Counted from the first letter of the stretch, positions 1 to 11,268 are shown. The stretch: 64,000 bases of DNA from Octopus vulgaris (GCA_951406725.2 OX597822.1:79050001-79114000); one strand, 5' to 3'. Numbers and translations: made by a program. Notes: generated from the sequence alone by a model not told the origin.

Positions 1-249
1 CTTCTCCCTTGCTTGGCAAAGCCTAGGAAATTCTTTATGAAAAGGCCAAGAAATCAAAATTTGAACCATTTTTTAACAATTCCAATAATGGAAGAAAGCA
101 CTAAAAATGTAAATAAGATGTAAATAAAAAAAAATATATATATATTATCATCCAACATTCTGACTACCTTATTATTCTAACTACACAATATCTGTACATC
201 ACTTCAAAAACTCTCTCTCTCTCTCTCTCATATATCTCCCTATTTATTT

Positions 250-376
250 CTCTCTTCCTTTCTGTTGAAGAGCATAGGCTCGAAATGTAAAAGACTTTCT
301 CACTTCCCGACCGTTAAACTAATACATCTGTTTGTTGTTTACACACCTGTCTTCATCCTTTTTGTAAATTCTCACT
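250..376 (+). mobile_element. Probable Penelope-like element 3' end/pLTR remnant with a degenerate hammerhead-like core
   Basis: TTGAAGA-GCATAGGCTC-GAAA-TGTA at 265-289 resembles the CTGANGA...GAAA-CGT-H minimal hammerhead of Penelope pLTRs. It is followed by a pyrimidine-rich tail that runs into (TA)n. Confidence 0.4.
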
Positions 377-486
377 ATATATATACACACACACACATAT
401 ATATATACTGTATGTATATATATATATATGTGTATATATGTATATATATGTGTGTGTGTGTATATATATATACATATATATATATG
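377..486. repeat. (TA)n/(TG)n/(CA)n compound microsatellite
   Basis: Read directly from the sequence; it explains the HIYIY/CVCV-type ORFs. Confidence 0.95.
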
Positions 487-696
487 GATCAAAACAGTTT
501 GATTCAAATCCATATATGTAACTCTCAATAAATGTGTTGAGTGCCCTTCTTTTGTTTGTCCACTCACTCGTGTTCATATAATGCGCATAGGTATGTGTGT
601 GTGTGTATTAATGAAGAGTTATATATAAAAACAGTCACGCATTAATTGAAAGATCAATTAAAGACTCAAGTAGAGTATCATATTATTTTATTTTAA

Positions 697-779
697 CAAG
701 GAAAATGTTGACAACAGCTTCAAAGTTTCATCTGATGAAGGCAACTGCACCAAAACTTCAACTGTCAACCTTTTCCTTG
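697..779. repeat. Imperfect inverted repeat centred on TTCATC-T-GATGAA with a hammerhead-like CTGATGA core
   Basis: CAAGGAAAATGTTGACA (697-713) pairs with TGTCAACCTTTTCCTTG (763-779); CTGATGAAGG...CCAAAAC lies inside. Confidence 0.55.
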
Positions 780-1324
780 CAAACATGTCACCCCCCCCCC
801 CCCCTTGGGAGGGTCGTTATGCCAATAACAAACACACTCATTTACTCTTTTTCACTTCTTTAATATATTACTTGCTGATTGGCAATTAACCATTTAATTA
901 ATCAATTGATTAGTCATTCTGACAATCACTCATTCAGCTAGGTTTCCTGAAATTCTTTTGTTGCCATTCACAACCTCATCAATGACATGTCCCTCTACTC
1001 CATACACTTATTATATTGCCATCCATGAATACCTGCCTACCTTCTTATATTTTCTCTTCTGACCACTTCAACACTTACTCTTTTTACATACCTAGCAACA
1101 GCATTAACCCCTCACCTATCTCCTTTCCTACCATCCCTTTTTCTCCTACTACTCTACCCCATTCCACCACTACTCCCTCTCTCAACATTTACCCAATTAA
1201 GTATTCAACCAACAATACAAATGTTCATATACACCTCCTCTATCTAACCAGTTTTGTTTCTGCTGTTACTTTGTCAATGTAGTATTGCTGGTGATGATGG
1301 TTGCGATGATAATACTGATGATGA

Positions 1325-1557
1325 TTTGTGGTGGTGGTGGTGATAGTAGTAGTAGTAGTAATAGCAGTAATGACTGAAGTAATGTTTCTAGCAGAAGGTA
1401 GGAGTGATAGCAAAAGTTATAGTGATGGCTAGTAGTGGTGGTGTTGGTTAAGGTAGAAATATTTGGAGGTAAATATACCTCAAAAAGATAGGTGGTGGTG
1501 GCAGTGGTGGTGGTGGTAGTAGTAGTAGTAGTGGTGGTGGTGGTGGTGGTGGTGGTG

Positions 1558-1592
<35 letters not shown>

Positions 1593-1595
1593 TAT
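1325..1595. repeat. (TGG)n/(TAG)n trinucleotide tract
   Basis: Read directly from the sequence; source of the poly-Thr ORF 1266-1724. Confidence 0.95.
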
Positions 1596-1860
1596 TGTTT
1601 CTGCAGTGATTGCAGTTATTGTTTCTGCAGTGTTTCTGGTGTGATAGTAATTTTCCAGCTGGAAAACTAGACTAGTTGGCTGTGTCAGAGCAAGATGACG
1701 GAACCCTGACTTATTATGATGCATTGGTATAGTTTTTTTTACACATCTGGAAATGTAGATGTGCAGTTATTTTATGAGTGTGTTCACATGAAGACGATTT
1801 ATGAGTTAGACAATATGTGTGTTTACACAGCTATAGAAACCAATTTGTGCATGTGTATAT

Positions 1861-1861
<1 letters not shown>

Positions 1862-1918
<57 letters not shown>
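1862..1918. repeat. (GT)n microsatellite
   Basis: Read directly from the sequence. Confidence 0.95.
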
Positions 1919-1922
<4 letters not shown>

Positions 1923-2515
1923 TTACACAGCTTTAGAGAATGTGTTCAACACTTGTGAACATGTCATATGTGTGTATATTTATTTGTATTTTAGTATGTT
2001 CCAGTTTTATGGGAAACTGCATGTATATGTGTGAAGACATGCAATTATGTTTATGTGGGGGTTTAATTTTTCTGGCGCATTGATTCCGGAAAAATTTCAG
2101 TTTGTGAGTTTTGGGTTCAGTGATCACAAATGAGGATGATACTTTTGAAGAAATTTAAAGGAGAAAGTGACTGGCTAGAACTTCTAACAATCTACGTGAT
2201 TTGTGGTTATTATTCTTAGTGCTGAATTATATATATTCTGCACTTGAACACTCAGTATTTCTTTATGCATGAGAAACTTAATCATTAGTCATTATCTGCT
2301 AGCAAAGAAATTGTCATTTTTGACTGGAAATGTTTCTATTCTATTATAAAACTTCACTAGCCTATTATCATCTCAAAGATGGATTTTTGAAATTTTATTC
2401 TTTTTTGGCCGAGATCAATAACCAACTTGATATAAACATTGCTGACATCTCAGTTCTCTCTACAAATGCTGGCAAATAGCTTGTCTATACACTAAAAAAT
2501 GGAGAACTTTTGCTC

Positions 2516-2758
2516 ACTATTTACATTATTTACAATCGACAGATATTTGTCCACATCTTGTTTGTTGCTAACACAATGTTTCAGCTGGTATACCCTCTAG
2601 CTTTCATCAGGTGTCTAGGGGAAATTTCGAATCTGGGTTCTCATTCCTAAGGTATTTTTCAATGTTGTTATTATTATTATTATTATTACTATTATTATTA
2701 TTCAGGTCACTGCCTGGAATCGAACTCGGAATCTTGGGGTTAGCGCTCTTAACCACTG
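2516..2758 (-). mobile_element. tRNA-headed SINE-like element containing a hammerhead ribozyme
   Basis: The minus strand reads CAGTGGTTAAGAGCGC (partial A-box region), GAGTTCGATTCC (B-box, 2716-2727), an (AAT)n linker, a body containing a hammerhead, then a TGTAAATAATGTAAATA tail. Confidence 0.7.
2570..2615 (-). ncRNA. Minimal type I hammerhead ribozyme (slightly decayed)
   Basis: Minus strand: GACAC CTGATGA A AGCT-AGAGGGTATACC-AGCT GAAA CA T T GTGTT. Stem I GACAC/GTGTT; stem II AGCT/AGCT; conserved CUGAUGA and GAAA; stem III ACAT, probably ACGT after CpG decay; UH cleavage site. Confidence 0.7.
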
Positions 2759-3081
2759 TTTTTCTCACTAGTTTAGAATCAATTGCAAAGGACCCTTGTC
2801 ACAGGCCACTTGGCACCTCATAGTGTCAAAAGCCTAATGATGATAGAAGTACCTTACCGAGAAGTCCAAGGAAAAGATAATACATCAAAACTGCAGAAGA
2901 ACACAATGGAAAACAAAAAAAAAAAGGTATTATGATGCTTGACCAAGGATGGTGTGAGGTAGAGCATGACCTATATTAGATGACAAATATTTAGTGCTAA
3001 CACTCTATGTCTTTTAAGAAGATACCAATGGAATAGCAGAGTGAACTATATGTAGGTACTTTTGGTGGTTTGAATATGTAT

Positions 3082-3310
3082 TTAACCCTTTCATTACCAA
3101 CCTGGATGAAACCGGCTCTGGCTCTGAGTACAAATGTCTTGTTTTCATAAGATTTAAATTAAAATCTTCCTCTAAACCTTAGTCACAATTTATGTTCCTA
3201 ACACTAGCTGAATGATAACTAAGTTATTTTACTAAATTCTTTGTTATAATTTAAAGTAATTGAAATAAACACAGAGCATCTCAAAATAAATACAGTAACA
3301 AAAGAGTTAA
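3082..3310. mobile_element. piggyBac-type MITE (copy 1)
   Basis: TTAA-CCCTTTCATTAC...GTAACAAAAGAG-TTAA: TTAA flanks and imperfect TIRs beginning CCC. A homologous copy lies at 32252-32471. Confidence 0.8.
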
Positions 3311-3955
3311 GAGGCTGCATAAGAGTGTGTGTGTTATTGTTGTTTAGCCCAGGTCAGCAGACCTGTGGTCACAGGCATTCTGGCTATGGTTATTCCATCT
3401 CATTTCCAAATAACATTTTCAAATATATCATCCATTTTTAAAATGGCAGGGAGGAATTTCAGAAAGATTTGGCTGACTACATTTGAGAGAGAGAAGAAGT
3501 GGGGGGAAGAGAAATGATGGGTGAATAGGTAGGTGTGTGCTCATGCATGTGTGTGTGTATATTCATTACTATATTTATGTTTTAAGCCATTTCTTTTGCA
3601 TTTTTGTATAATTATGCATGTATGCATTTTAATCTAAGGTTGTGCATGTGACAGCATATTTATTTGTGTGTCTATGTGTATGTTACAAATATTTGTGTGT
3701 AACTGTGCATATTGCAGGATGACTGAGTGTGTGTGTGTGTGTGAGAGAGAGTGTGTCTCTGTGTGTGTACATGTCTTGTAATATGTGTGCGAGTATATTT
3801 GACATTATTTGCTTGTTTTTATGTGCATACTTTATTCTGTCAGAGATTGTTTGTTTGTGTGTGTGTGTGTATATATATTTCTGGTTGAGTACATTTATGT
3901 GTAAGTGCATTTCTCTCAGTGCTTGTGTGTATGTACACATATATTAGATTATCAG

Positions 3956-3992
<37 letters not shown>

Positions 3993-4414
3993 CGCTGCAT
4001 GCTTACTATAATGCCATGTTTTATTCTAATTAGAATCCAATGTTCTCTTGATAATTGAATGTCTCTATAATTGGGCAACAGTGCTATAGTTTGTAACCAA
4101 TTGATTGCATGTTATAGTAGTGTTGGCATCGTATTGCATACACAGATGCACATGTGCTGCAGTTGTTTGATTTCATATTATAACATATTGCAGTGGTTTG
4201 CAATGTTCTAATTAGACAACATATAGCTTTTGTAAATTGACACAGTAGAGTTGAAACTAAATTATTAAATTCAATATGAGATGGAAATGTGTGTGGGTGG
4301 TGGTAGTGGTGAAGCAGAGGTTTTTGTGTTGTTATGGATGAAGGGAAAGCCAGCCCACTAGTTGTTTTAGTCAATATCCTCTTCCTTACTACTACTATTA
4401 TTATTATTATCATC

Positions 4415-4446
<32 letters not shown>

Positions 4447-4452
4447 TATTAA

Positions 4453-4823
4453 TACCTTCACCTTAGCGAAGGTGGAGGTATTGTTTTCAGTTGTGTTTGT
4501 TTGTTTGTTCATGGGCAAGATGTCTCAAGAACTGCTGGATGGATTTGGATGAAACTTTCAGGGATGTTTTGCTTCGTGTCTGGCATGCACTGATTAGATT
4601 TTGGGATCAATCTGGTACTGAACAAGGATTCAGAATTATTTTTCCAATTTTTTTTACTTAATTTTTGTGAGCGGTCAGGTTCAGTTTTAGTATTCTCATT
4701 TGTGAGAGCAGTTGAGTTTATTTCGGATATTCTCATTTAAAAAAAAAATCATCTCTGGTTAATCATTGAGAGAATATTGGTGTTGCCTTGGCAAAAGGTT
4801 TGCGCTTTCTGAGTGCTCTTGTT
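4453..4823 (+). mobile_element. Helentron/HINE (DINE-1-like) non-autonomous element
   Basis: 5' TACCTTCACCTTAGCGAAGGTGGAGGTA palindrome; (GTTT)n tract; GGATTTGGATGAAACTTT core; 3' CCTTGGCAAAAGG subterminal repeat plus GCGCTTTCTGAGTGC hairpin; sits in a T-rich (ATT)n tract. Confidence 0.6.
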
Positions 4824-6362
4824 GTTATTGTTATTATTATTATTATTATTATCATCATCATCATCATCACTGTTATTTCATTGTCGGGTATGGATATAAA
4901 TTACTGATTTTTGTAGATGTTTTTCTTATAAAGAAAGTAAAGAAAGTACCTTTCTAAGAATATGAACTGTTTCCAAGACAAGATTTTTGGAGCACTTGAT
5001 GTCCAACTACTTTAGGTAGTACAATAGATTTTTTCTCTGATAATAACTGGTATGACTTACAATTTTGGTTTTGAACATACTTTTAAATTCAGTATATCTT
5101 GAAATTATTGACAATGTTTTTGTTTGCAGACAATGGAAACTTTCTCCTCCTTTTTCTATACAACAACAGTATAAAGAAGATGTGTCTATAATTTTAATTC
5201 TTATTTAACCCATGGTAGGGCTTTATACAGTTTAAATTTGTTTAAATTCTGATTTATGCTGTGTTGTGCATAAATACAGTGCATATAGCATATGTGCATG
5301 CAATCATTCAAACAAATGGTTTCATTTTCTGGTGTATGAATATACCAATATACTTACACAGATGAGTCACAAATATATTCACAAGCAATTGAGCACACAC
5401 ACACATGTAAATATATGCTCCTACATGTACATTCTTTCTCCCCTCCTTCCTTCACACACTCATGTAAATATATGTACATGCTCCCCACCACTCTTTCTCT
5501 CTTCTGCTCATACACACACACACGCACACAGCTGCCGCTTAAGTTCAAACCTTCCACTTCATATATTTTAATACTTCTTAATCTTTCCATTTTCTCTTGT
5601 TTTCTTTTTGCCAAGAAATCTATTTCTTCTTAACCTAATCCTTGGAACACATTCAATAACAGTAGAGCTGTAAGGATTATCTCATTTTACTGATGATGTC
5701 TTAATCCTTACTCAATCCCAATATTTTGTTAGTTTTTTTTTTTAGATAGGAAGAGGAGGGTGCAGGGTTTTTTTTTTGTTAACAACAGACAAAAGAAATG
5801 ATTTATAAATTTCTTTTGTTTTCACTTTTTCTGTTACTTGCTTATTTTTATCTACTTAAGTTGAGCTAACATAGGAATTCTTAGAGCATTACTTGATTTG
5901 CATGAAGTAGCAGCTAAATCATAATTCTTTTTTTAATGGGAAAGCATATTCAATAATATGCTTACAAACACTGTGTGAAGAAATTAAGATGGTCATGACA
6001 GAAACACTAGGAATGACCTGTGGTTAAACAACACCAAGAATTCACTTAGGCAGGCCTTAAGATTTTGATACCAAACTTGAATAAGTCAAAGGAAGTAGAA
6101 TATACTTCCAAATGCTTCTGAAATTTATTGCTTTTTTTTTTTTTGTTCCTGACTGCTGTTGTTATTCTTTAGCCCCTGGTCAACCTGATCATGCGGACAT
6201 CTGATCAACAGTACTCCAGTTGTGGTACTCTTTCATTCATTCAGATGAAATGTATCTAAGACTATATAATTAAAGATGTTTTTTTAAAAGACAGTACAAT
6301 ACAATTTGAGAAAGATTTGGTTACTATTTCATGGTTGTATTGTAGTAATAATGATTTCTAAA

Positions 6363-6585
6363 GGCAGTGAGCTGGCAGAAACGTTAGCACGCCGGGCAAA
6401 ATGCCTAGTAGTATTTCGTTTGCTGTTATGTTCTGAGTTCAAATTCCACCGAGGTCGACTTTGCCTTTCCTCCATTCAAGGTCGATTAAATAAGTACCAG
6501 TTAATCACTGGGGTCGATGTAATCAACTCAATCCCCTTGTCTGTCTCTTCTATGTTTAACCCTCTGTGAGCAATAAAGAAATAAA
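6363..6585 (+). mobile_element. tRNA-derived SINE family A
   Basis: Head GGCAGTGAGCTGGCAGAA...GAGTTCAAATTCC, central GACTTTGCCTTTC..TCC...GTCGAT.AA.TAAGTACCAG block; homologous to 27467-27701. Confidence 0.85.
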
Positions 6586-7372
6586 TATCTAGGGCTTGTC
6601 TATTCAAGGTCACCTCGGCAAATGATGGAAGGTATTCAGCATTTCTCAGTTCAAACTTTCTAGTCATTCTGAATTTGCTTTTTGCTGCTTTGTTATTGTT
6701 AATTATGTCATTTAAATTGTTCAAAATTGTGATGGTTTTACACAGAATCATTTTCTTTTTTGGCGTAGGGGTGGGGTGGAGTTATGAAATAAGTATATAT
6801 ACTTAAAAAATGAATTTGTATTCTTTTGTTTTTAAAAACATGTCTGCTTTCATTCAGTTTTCTTTTGGAGACTTGAGCAGTATTTTTACATACTGTAGCC
6901 ATTTTTTCAGTTTAGAAATGGAAGAAAAAACTTTTTGCAAAATGAAAGCACCCCACCCCCCCACCTCTCAAAAAATAAAGTAATGCAAACAATTGAATTC
7001 CTGCCTGGTTTTGTAGAAATTCTACATTAAAAAAAAAAAAAAAAAAAAAAAAACCCAAAAAAACAGGTACTTCCCTATCATCAATAGCCAATTCTTTTAT
7101 ACTAAAAGGGTTAGTAAATAAAGTCTTCAGCAATCATGTAATTCCCTGTCCTTTTCCTTCTTCACAAGTCAGTGACAGTTATTCCAAAAGTCTGTCAATC
7201 AACTATTACATCTGTCTCACAACCCTAATAATTTACATACTCATCCTTTAGTAAATAAAATTGGCAATCATTAATAGGAAAATACCAGAAATTATTTTTT
7301 GATTTAGTTTTACTACATAAGCCACACATTACAAAACATAATTACAAAGAGATTTGGAAAAGTGTGCACGCA

Positions 7373-7439
<67 letters not shown>

Positions 7440-7899
7440 GTGTCTACGTATAAGAAATATAATCAAGCGTGGTAAGATATTTTATTTGGTGCTCTACTGT
7501 ACATTTAAAACTTCATTTGGAAAATTTTTGATACATAAGAATACTTACTTGTTAAGGTCCAGTCGAATTTTGTATTTCCTTTCAAATAGTTCCAACTGAA
7601 TGGTAACACATTTGTGGTGGTCATAAGTCCCCTGTATAGAAGAAACAATACAAGATCAGTGAAATACTGAATTGACAGACACATAGAGAGAGGTAGGTTG
7701 ACAAATAGTAATAGACATAATGCATAATGACACGGTAATCAAATAGGCAGACAGGCTGGTGGACAGCCCAGTTAGAGACAGACAGACCATAGACACATAG
7801 AAACATACTTTTTAATGTCTGGAGGAAGGCCCGTTGAAATCAGTGAGATCAATGTAGCTAGGGTTCTCTCGCAAACTGGCCCCGATATCTGACTGGTAC

Positions 7900-8580
7900 T
7901 TTATTTTACTGACCCCATTGTTAGGATGAAAGCTGACCATAGTATAATTTAGGTTCTTGTCATCATAGCTCAAGTAAAAGATAGGCAGAAATAGGATGCC
8001 AGAGGGTTGACATACTAAGGAAGAAGGATTGGGTCTAGTGGTTGAAGTAAGGTCCATAGTGAATACTTGACACAGTGTGAGTGATGAGAAGGAGAGAGAT
8101 GAGTGAGAAACATCTGGGTGGAGGTGGTACAAAACATGCAAGCTCTAAAGAGCTGAGACAACCATAATAGTAATTAAAGTAACAAACCAAAGTGAGAGAC
8201 CCATGTCTGTGAGCCAAAGGTTGGAGCATGAGGACTTTATGCTAATTAATTGGGTTGCTTTTTAGAAAGTGATCCAGGAAAGCTGATATCTGGAAATGTG
8301 GTAGCAGCACCATTCCATATATAGGAGCAGTATTCCATTTTGAGTCTGATTTCACTTTTTGTAATGAAGTCAATATGGTCACTGATGTGGCCCCATTGGA
8401 GGAGGCTTTGAGGCCCCTGATCATGGAATCAGTGAAGACGTAGAAGGTATCTACACTAAATGCAGATGATACTTCTGTGCAAAAAAATATAATCTCCTTA
8501 AGACAGGAATTGACAGGAATGACAAGTAGGCTGTTGATGTATAACAGGAAGAGAACAAGAAATGGATAGACAGAGAGATG

Positions 8581-8585
<5 letters not shown>
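7900..8585 (-). mobile_element. Decayed CR1/L2-group LINE ORF2 3' portion
   Basis: Minus-strand frames give LFLLYINSLL (RT motif), MEYCSYIWNGA and LQPLAHR...YYYG..S.ELACFVPPP, which are typical C-terminal motifs; frameshifted and internally deleted. Confidence 0.7.
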
Positions 8586-8624
<39 letters not shown>

Positions 8625-8642
8625 GGTCACCTCTTTGTCTAT

Positions 8643-8683
<41 letters not shown>

Positions 8684-8685
<2 letters not shown>

Positions 8686-9358
8686 AGGTGCAGTGAGTAT
8701 ATTGTTGTTTAAATTATGCAAAAATGAAAATAACACTGACATCTCATTTTAAAAGATATATTTAGCAAAATTACATAAAAATATCTTGAAAAGCTAAAGA
8801 GTAAATTTATTCAATAAAATCGCCATTGGCTTCAACCACAGCCTCCAGATGACTTCAGAATCTCCTGCAGCTCTTCTGGATGGTCTCCTTGCTTAAATTG
8901 GTGAATACTGCCATAATCCTTGCCTTCAGTTCATCTTTCGTGTTTCAAGGAGTTTTGTTTGTCTCTCACTCAACTGCGCCCAACATAATAATAATCAACA
9001 GGTTTGCAGTCTGGGGAGTTAGGCGGCCAGATGTTAGAGGTGATGTGGTTACAGAAATTGTCTGACAGCCACAGGGTCTTCCAGCAACCACCCTCTTGAC
9101 CCAGAGCAGCACTACCTCCTCCAGGCACTTGATGTAGGCCTCTGTTTTGAGTCTGAGACTGGATGTTTGAGTTTTATCACTTTTGGTACATGTCCTCAGA
9201 TTGCAGTCCTTAGATTGACACCCAAACACTCTGAAAGTTTGTATTGGAACTTCCAGCATGAATGTCAAGCAGTATGGCATGTCATTTCCAAATGTCCGGC
9301 AGAGTGAATTGTCATGGTGCTGTTTTTCTCAGACGGTGCACAAATGACTCTACTATAC
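8684..9358 (-). mobile_element. Internally deleted Tc1/mariner (maT/DD37D-like) transposon remnant
   Basis: Minus strand encodes LRLKTEAYIKCLEEVVLLWVKRVVAGRP...WPPNSPDCKPVDYY...ELKARIMAVFTNL...LEAVVEANGDFIE*. The terminus sits in (TA)n at 8684, and the QQD region is deleted. Confidence 0.85.
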
Positions 9359-10130
9359 TGTCATCATCATCATCCAGTGTTTTAAATTCGGGTTTTGTCC
9401 CCTTTAACGGAGGTGGCCGGATCTATGTCAATACCATAGCAACCTCCCTCACACCATCTCGCCCAGTTTGGGGCGTCCTCCCTTCTCAAGCCAACCCTCC
9501 CAATCTCCTCCTCCACCTGTCTCCTCCATATTTTCCTCGGTTGACCTTGCTTTCATAGTCCATTTACCTCAAACTCAAGCACCCTCCTCATCCCTCCTCA
9601 ACACATGCCCATACCACTGCACCCCATTCCCCTTGCCAACCATTCCACCAATTCCTCCAACCCCAACATTCCCATCAAGTCCTCAGTCCTCCTCTTATCA
9701 AACAGCTTCACACCACATATTTCTTTCACCATTGCTCTCTCAGTCCTTCTCAAAACTGCCATCTCTCTCTCTCCCTCAGACACCATGTCTCACTCCCATA
9801 CAGCATTGCAGCTCTCACACAACTCCTATAGACCCTTCCTTTCATCTTCAATGAGAACCTTTTCCCATATAACAATGCTCCACATTCCCTGAACTTCACC
9901 CAGTCAAGTCTTGCTCTTGTCACAGCTGCTTCACATCCACCACTTACATACATCCTATACCCAAACAAAACCCTCTCACCGTTTCCACCTTGTCACATAC
10001 CATTTCCAGTGGTTTTGCCAGCCCCCAGCTCCTTTCTCACGTCTTCCACAAACAAACTATCTTGCCTGTCTTGGGGTCACCTTCTTCATTTTTGTACACT
10101 ACCATGAATCCTTCTGTTCACATGTTTGTC
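9359..10130 (-). mobile_element. 5'-truncated RTE-clade LINE with intact 3' end
   Basis: ORF fragments GGCEAAVT.R..WVKFREC...KMKGRVYRSCVRAAMLYGSETW and LRRTERAMV..ICGVKL; (TGA)n tail at 9361-9373. Confidence 0.9.
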
Positions 10131-10138
10131 CCATTCTT

Positions 10139-10628
10139 GGGTAAATATTTCGTAGAGGACCCGTTCGTACTTCAGTGTGAAATAATTTTTTCCACAGATT
10201 TTTCTGAGTGCATTCAATGAATCTCATCTCCAAACCCACCGCAAGCCATTTTCTTCTGGAAAAGAAAGTGGGGAGGTGTGGTGGGTACCTTGGAATTTCC
10301 AACCAACAGCCATTTGTTCCATGAGCTTTTTTTTCTTTTCTTCTTGTTTCACATACTTTCAACAAATGTGATATTAAAATAATGCATAAATGGCTCCTTT
10401 CCTCAGAAAAGGAAAGATTTGGCTGCTATTTCTTGCACACCCTGCTACCACATAACAGCTATTTCAGGTCCTTTATCACAAATAGCTGTTACGTGGAAGC
10501 AGGGCATACTAGAAATAGCAGCCAAATCTTGGGAGGTGAGATATGTTGAATGTACTCGAAAAAATTCTTATGGAAAAAAATTATTTCACACTGCAGTTAT
10601 GAACAGGTCTTTTATGAAATATTTACCA
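10139..10628. mobile_element. Fold-back/MITE with ~95-bp outer inverted repeats and an inner 51-bp hairpin
   Basis: Outer arms 10139-10231 and 10532-10628. Inner arms 10414-10464 and 10480-10530 (45/51 complementary, 15-nt loop). Confidence 0.8.
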
Positions 10629-10683
10629 TATTTTTACTTAAAAATACATTTTAGATATGTCAAAAAAATTTTTGTAATGTTAT

Positions 10684-10880
10684 TCACTTGAAAGTAATTT
10701 TTAAAAAAAACTTAAAATATTCTGTATAAAGAAAGTTAAAATATAAATACTTACTGTACAAACAACTTACATTTTTGAAATCACATTCACTTAAAAATAC
10801 TTCTAAATGATTAAAATATTGTGTATAACAGAAGCAAAAATAAAAACATCTACTGTAAAGACAACTTGTATTTTTTTGTT
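10684..10880. repeat. Diverged AT-rich tandem duplication (~100-bp unit, 2 copies)
   Basis: TTCACTT.AAA.TA...TTAAAATATT.TGTATAA...TACTGTA..ACAACTT occurs twice; the minus ORF repeats SCLYS. Confidence 0.65.
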
Positions 10881-11198
10881 GACAAGTTAAAGTCACTAAG
10901 ACTTTTGCCCATCATAATGTGTTAATTGAAAGGTTAGAATTTCTTCCCTTTCAGAGTTAAGTCATTTTCGGAGTATTTTCCCATTATGCACTATTTGGGG
11001 TATTTATACCCCCAAACTTCCCCATATCTCAAGAACCAGAGGTCCGATTTATGTAAAACTTGTTTTATTCCATTTTTATTCACATTTCAGGGGTACCTTA
11101 CTTTCAAAGTATTTTCTCATTATGCGCCAGTTTGGCTGTGTAACATTCCAAGCAAGCAGGCAAGATTGAAGTTCATTTTTAATAGTGTTATGTGTATG

Positions 11199-11268
<70 letters not shown>

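Noticed and set aside
1266-1724. Long low-complexity ORFs (poly-Thr here; poly-His 54974-55348; poly-Ser 35156-35422; HT/YI/CV repeats throughout)
   Set aside because: These are translations of di- and trinucleotide microsatellites with no splice signals or domain content.
2859-2891. Possible 33-nt minus-strand exon (polypyrimidine-CAG acceptor, GTAAGG donor)
   Set aside because: In phase 0, as needed after the ADAM-like exon, it reads TTT TGA (stop), and the plus strand looks like a decayed RTE C-terminus (..SPRKR..).
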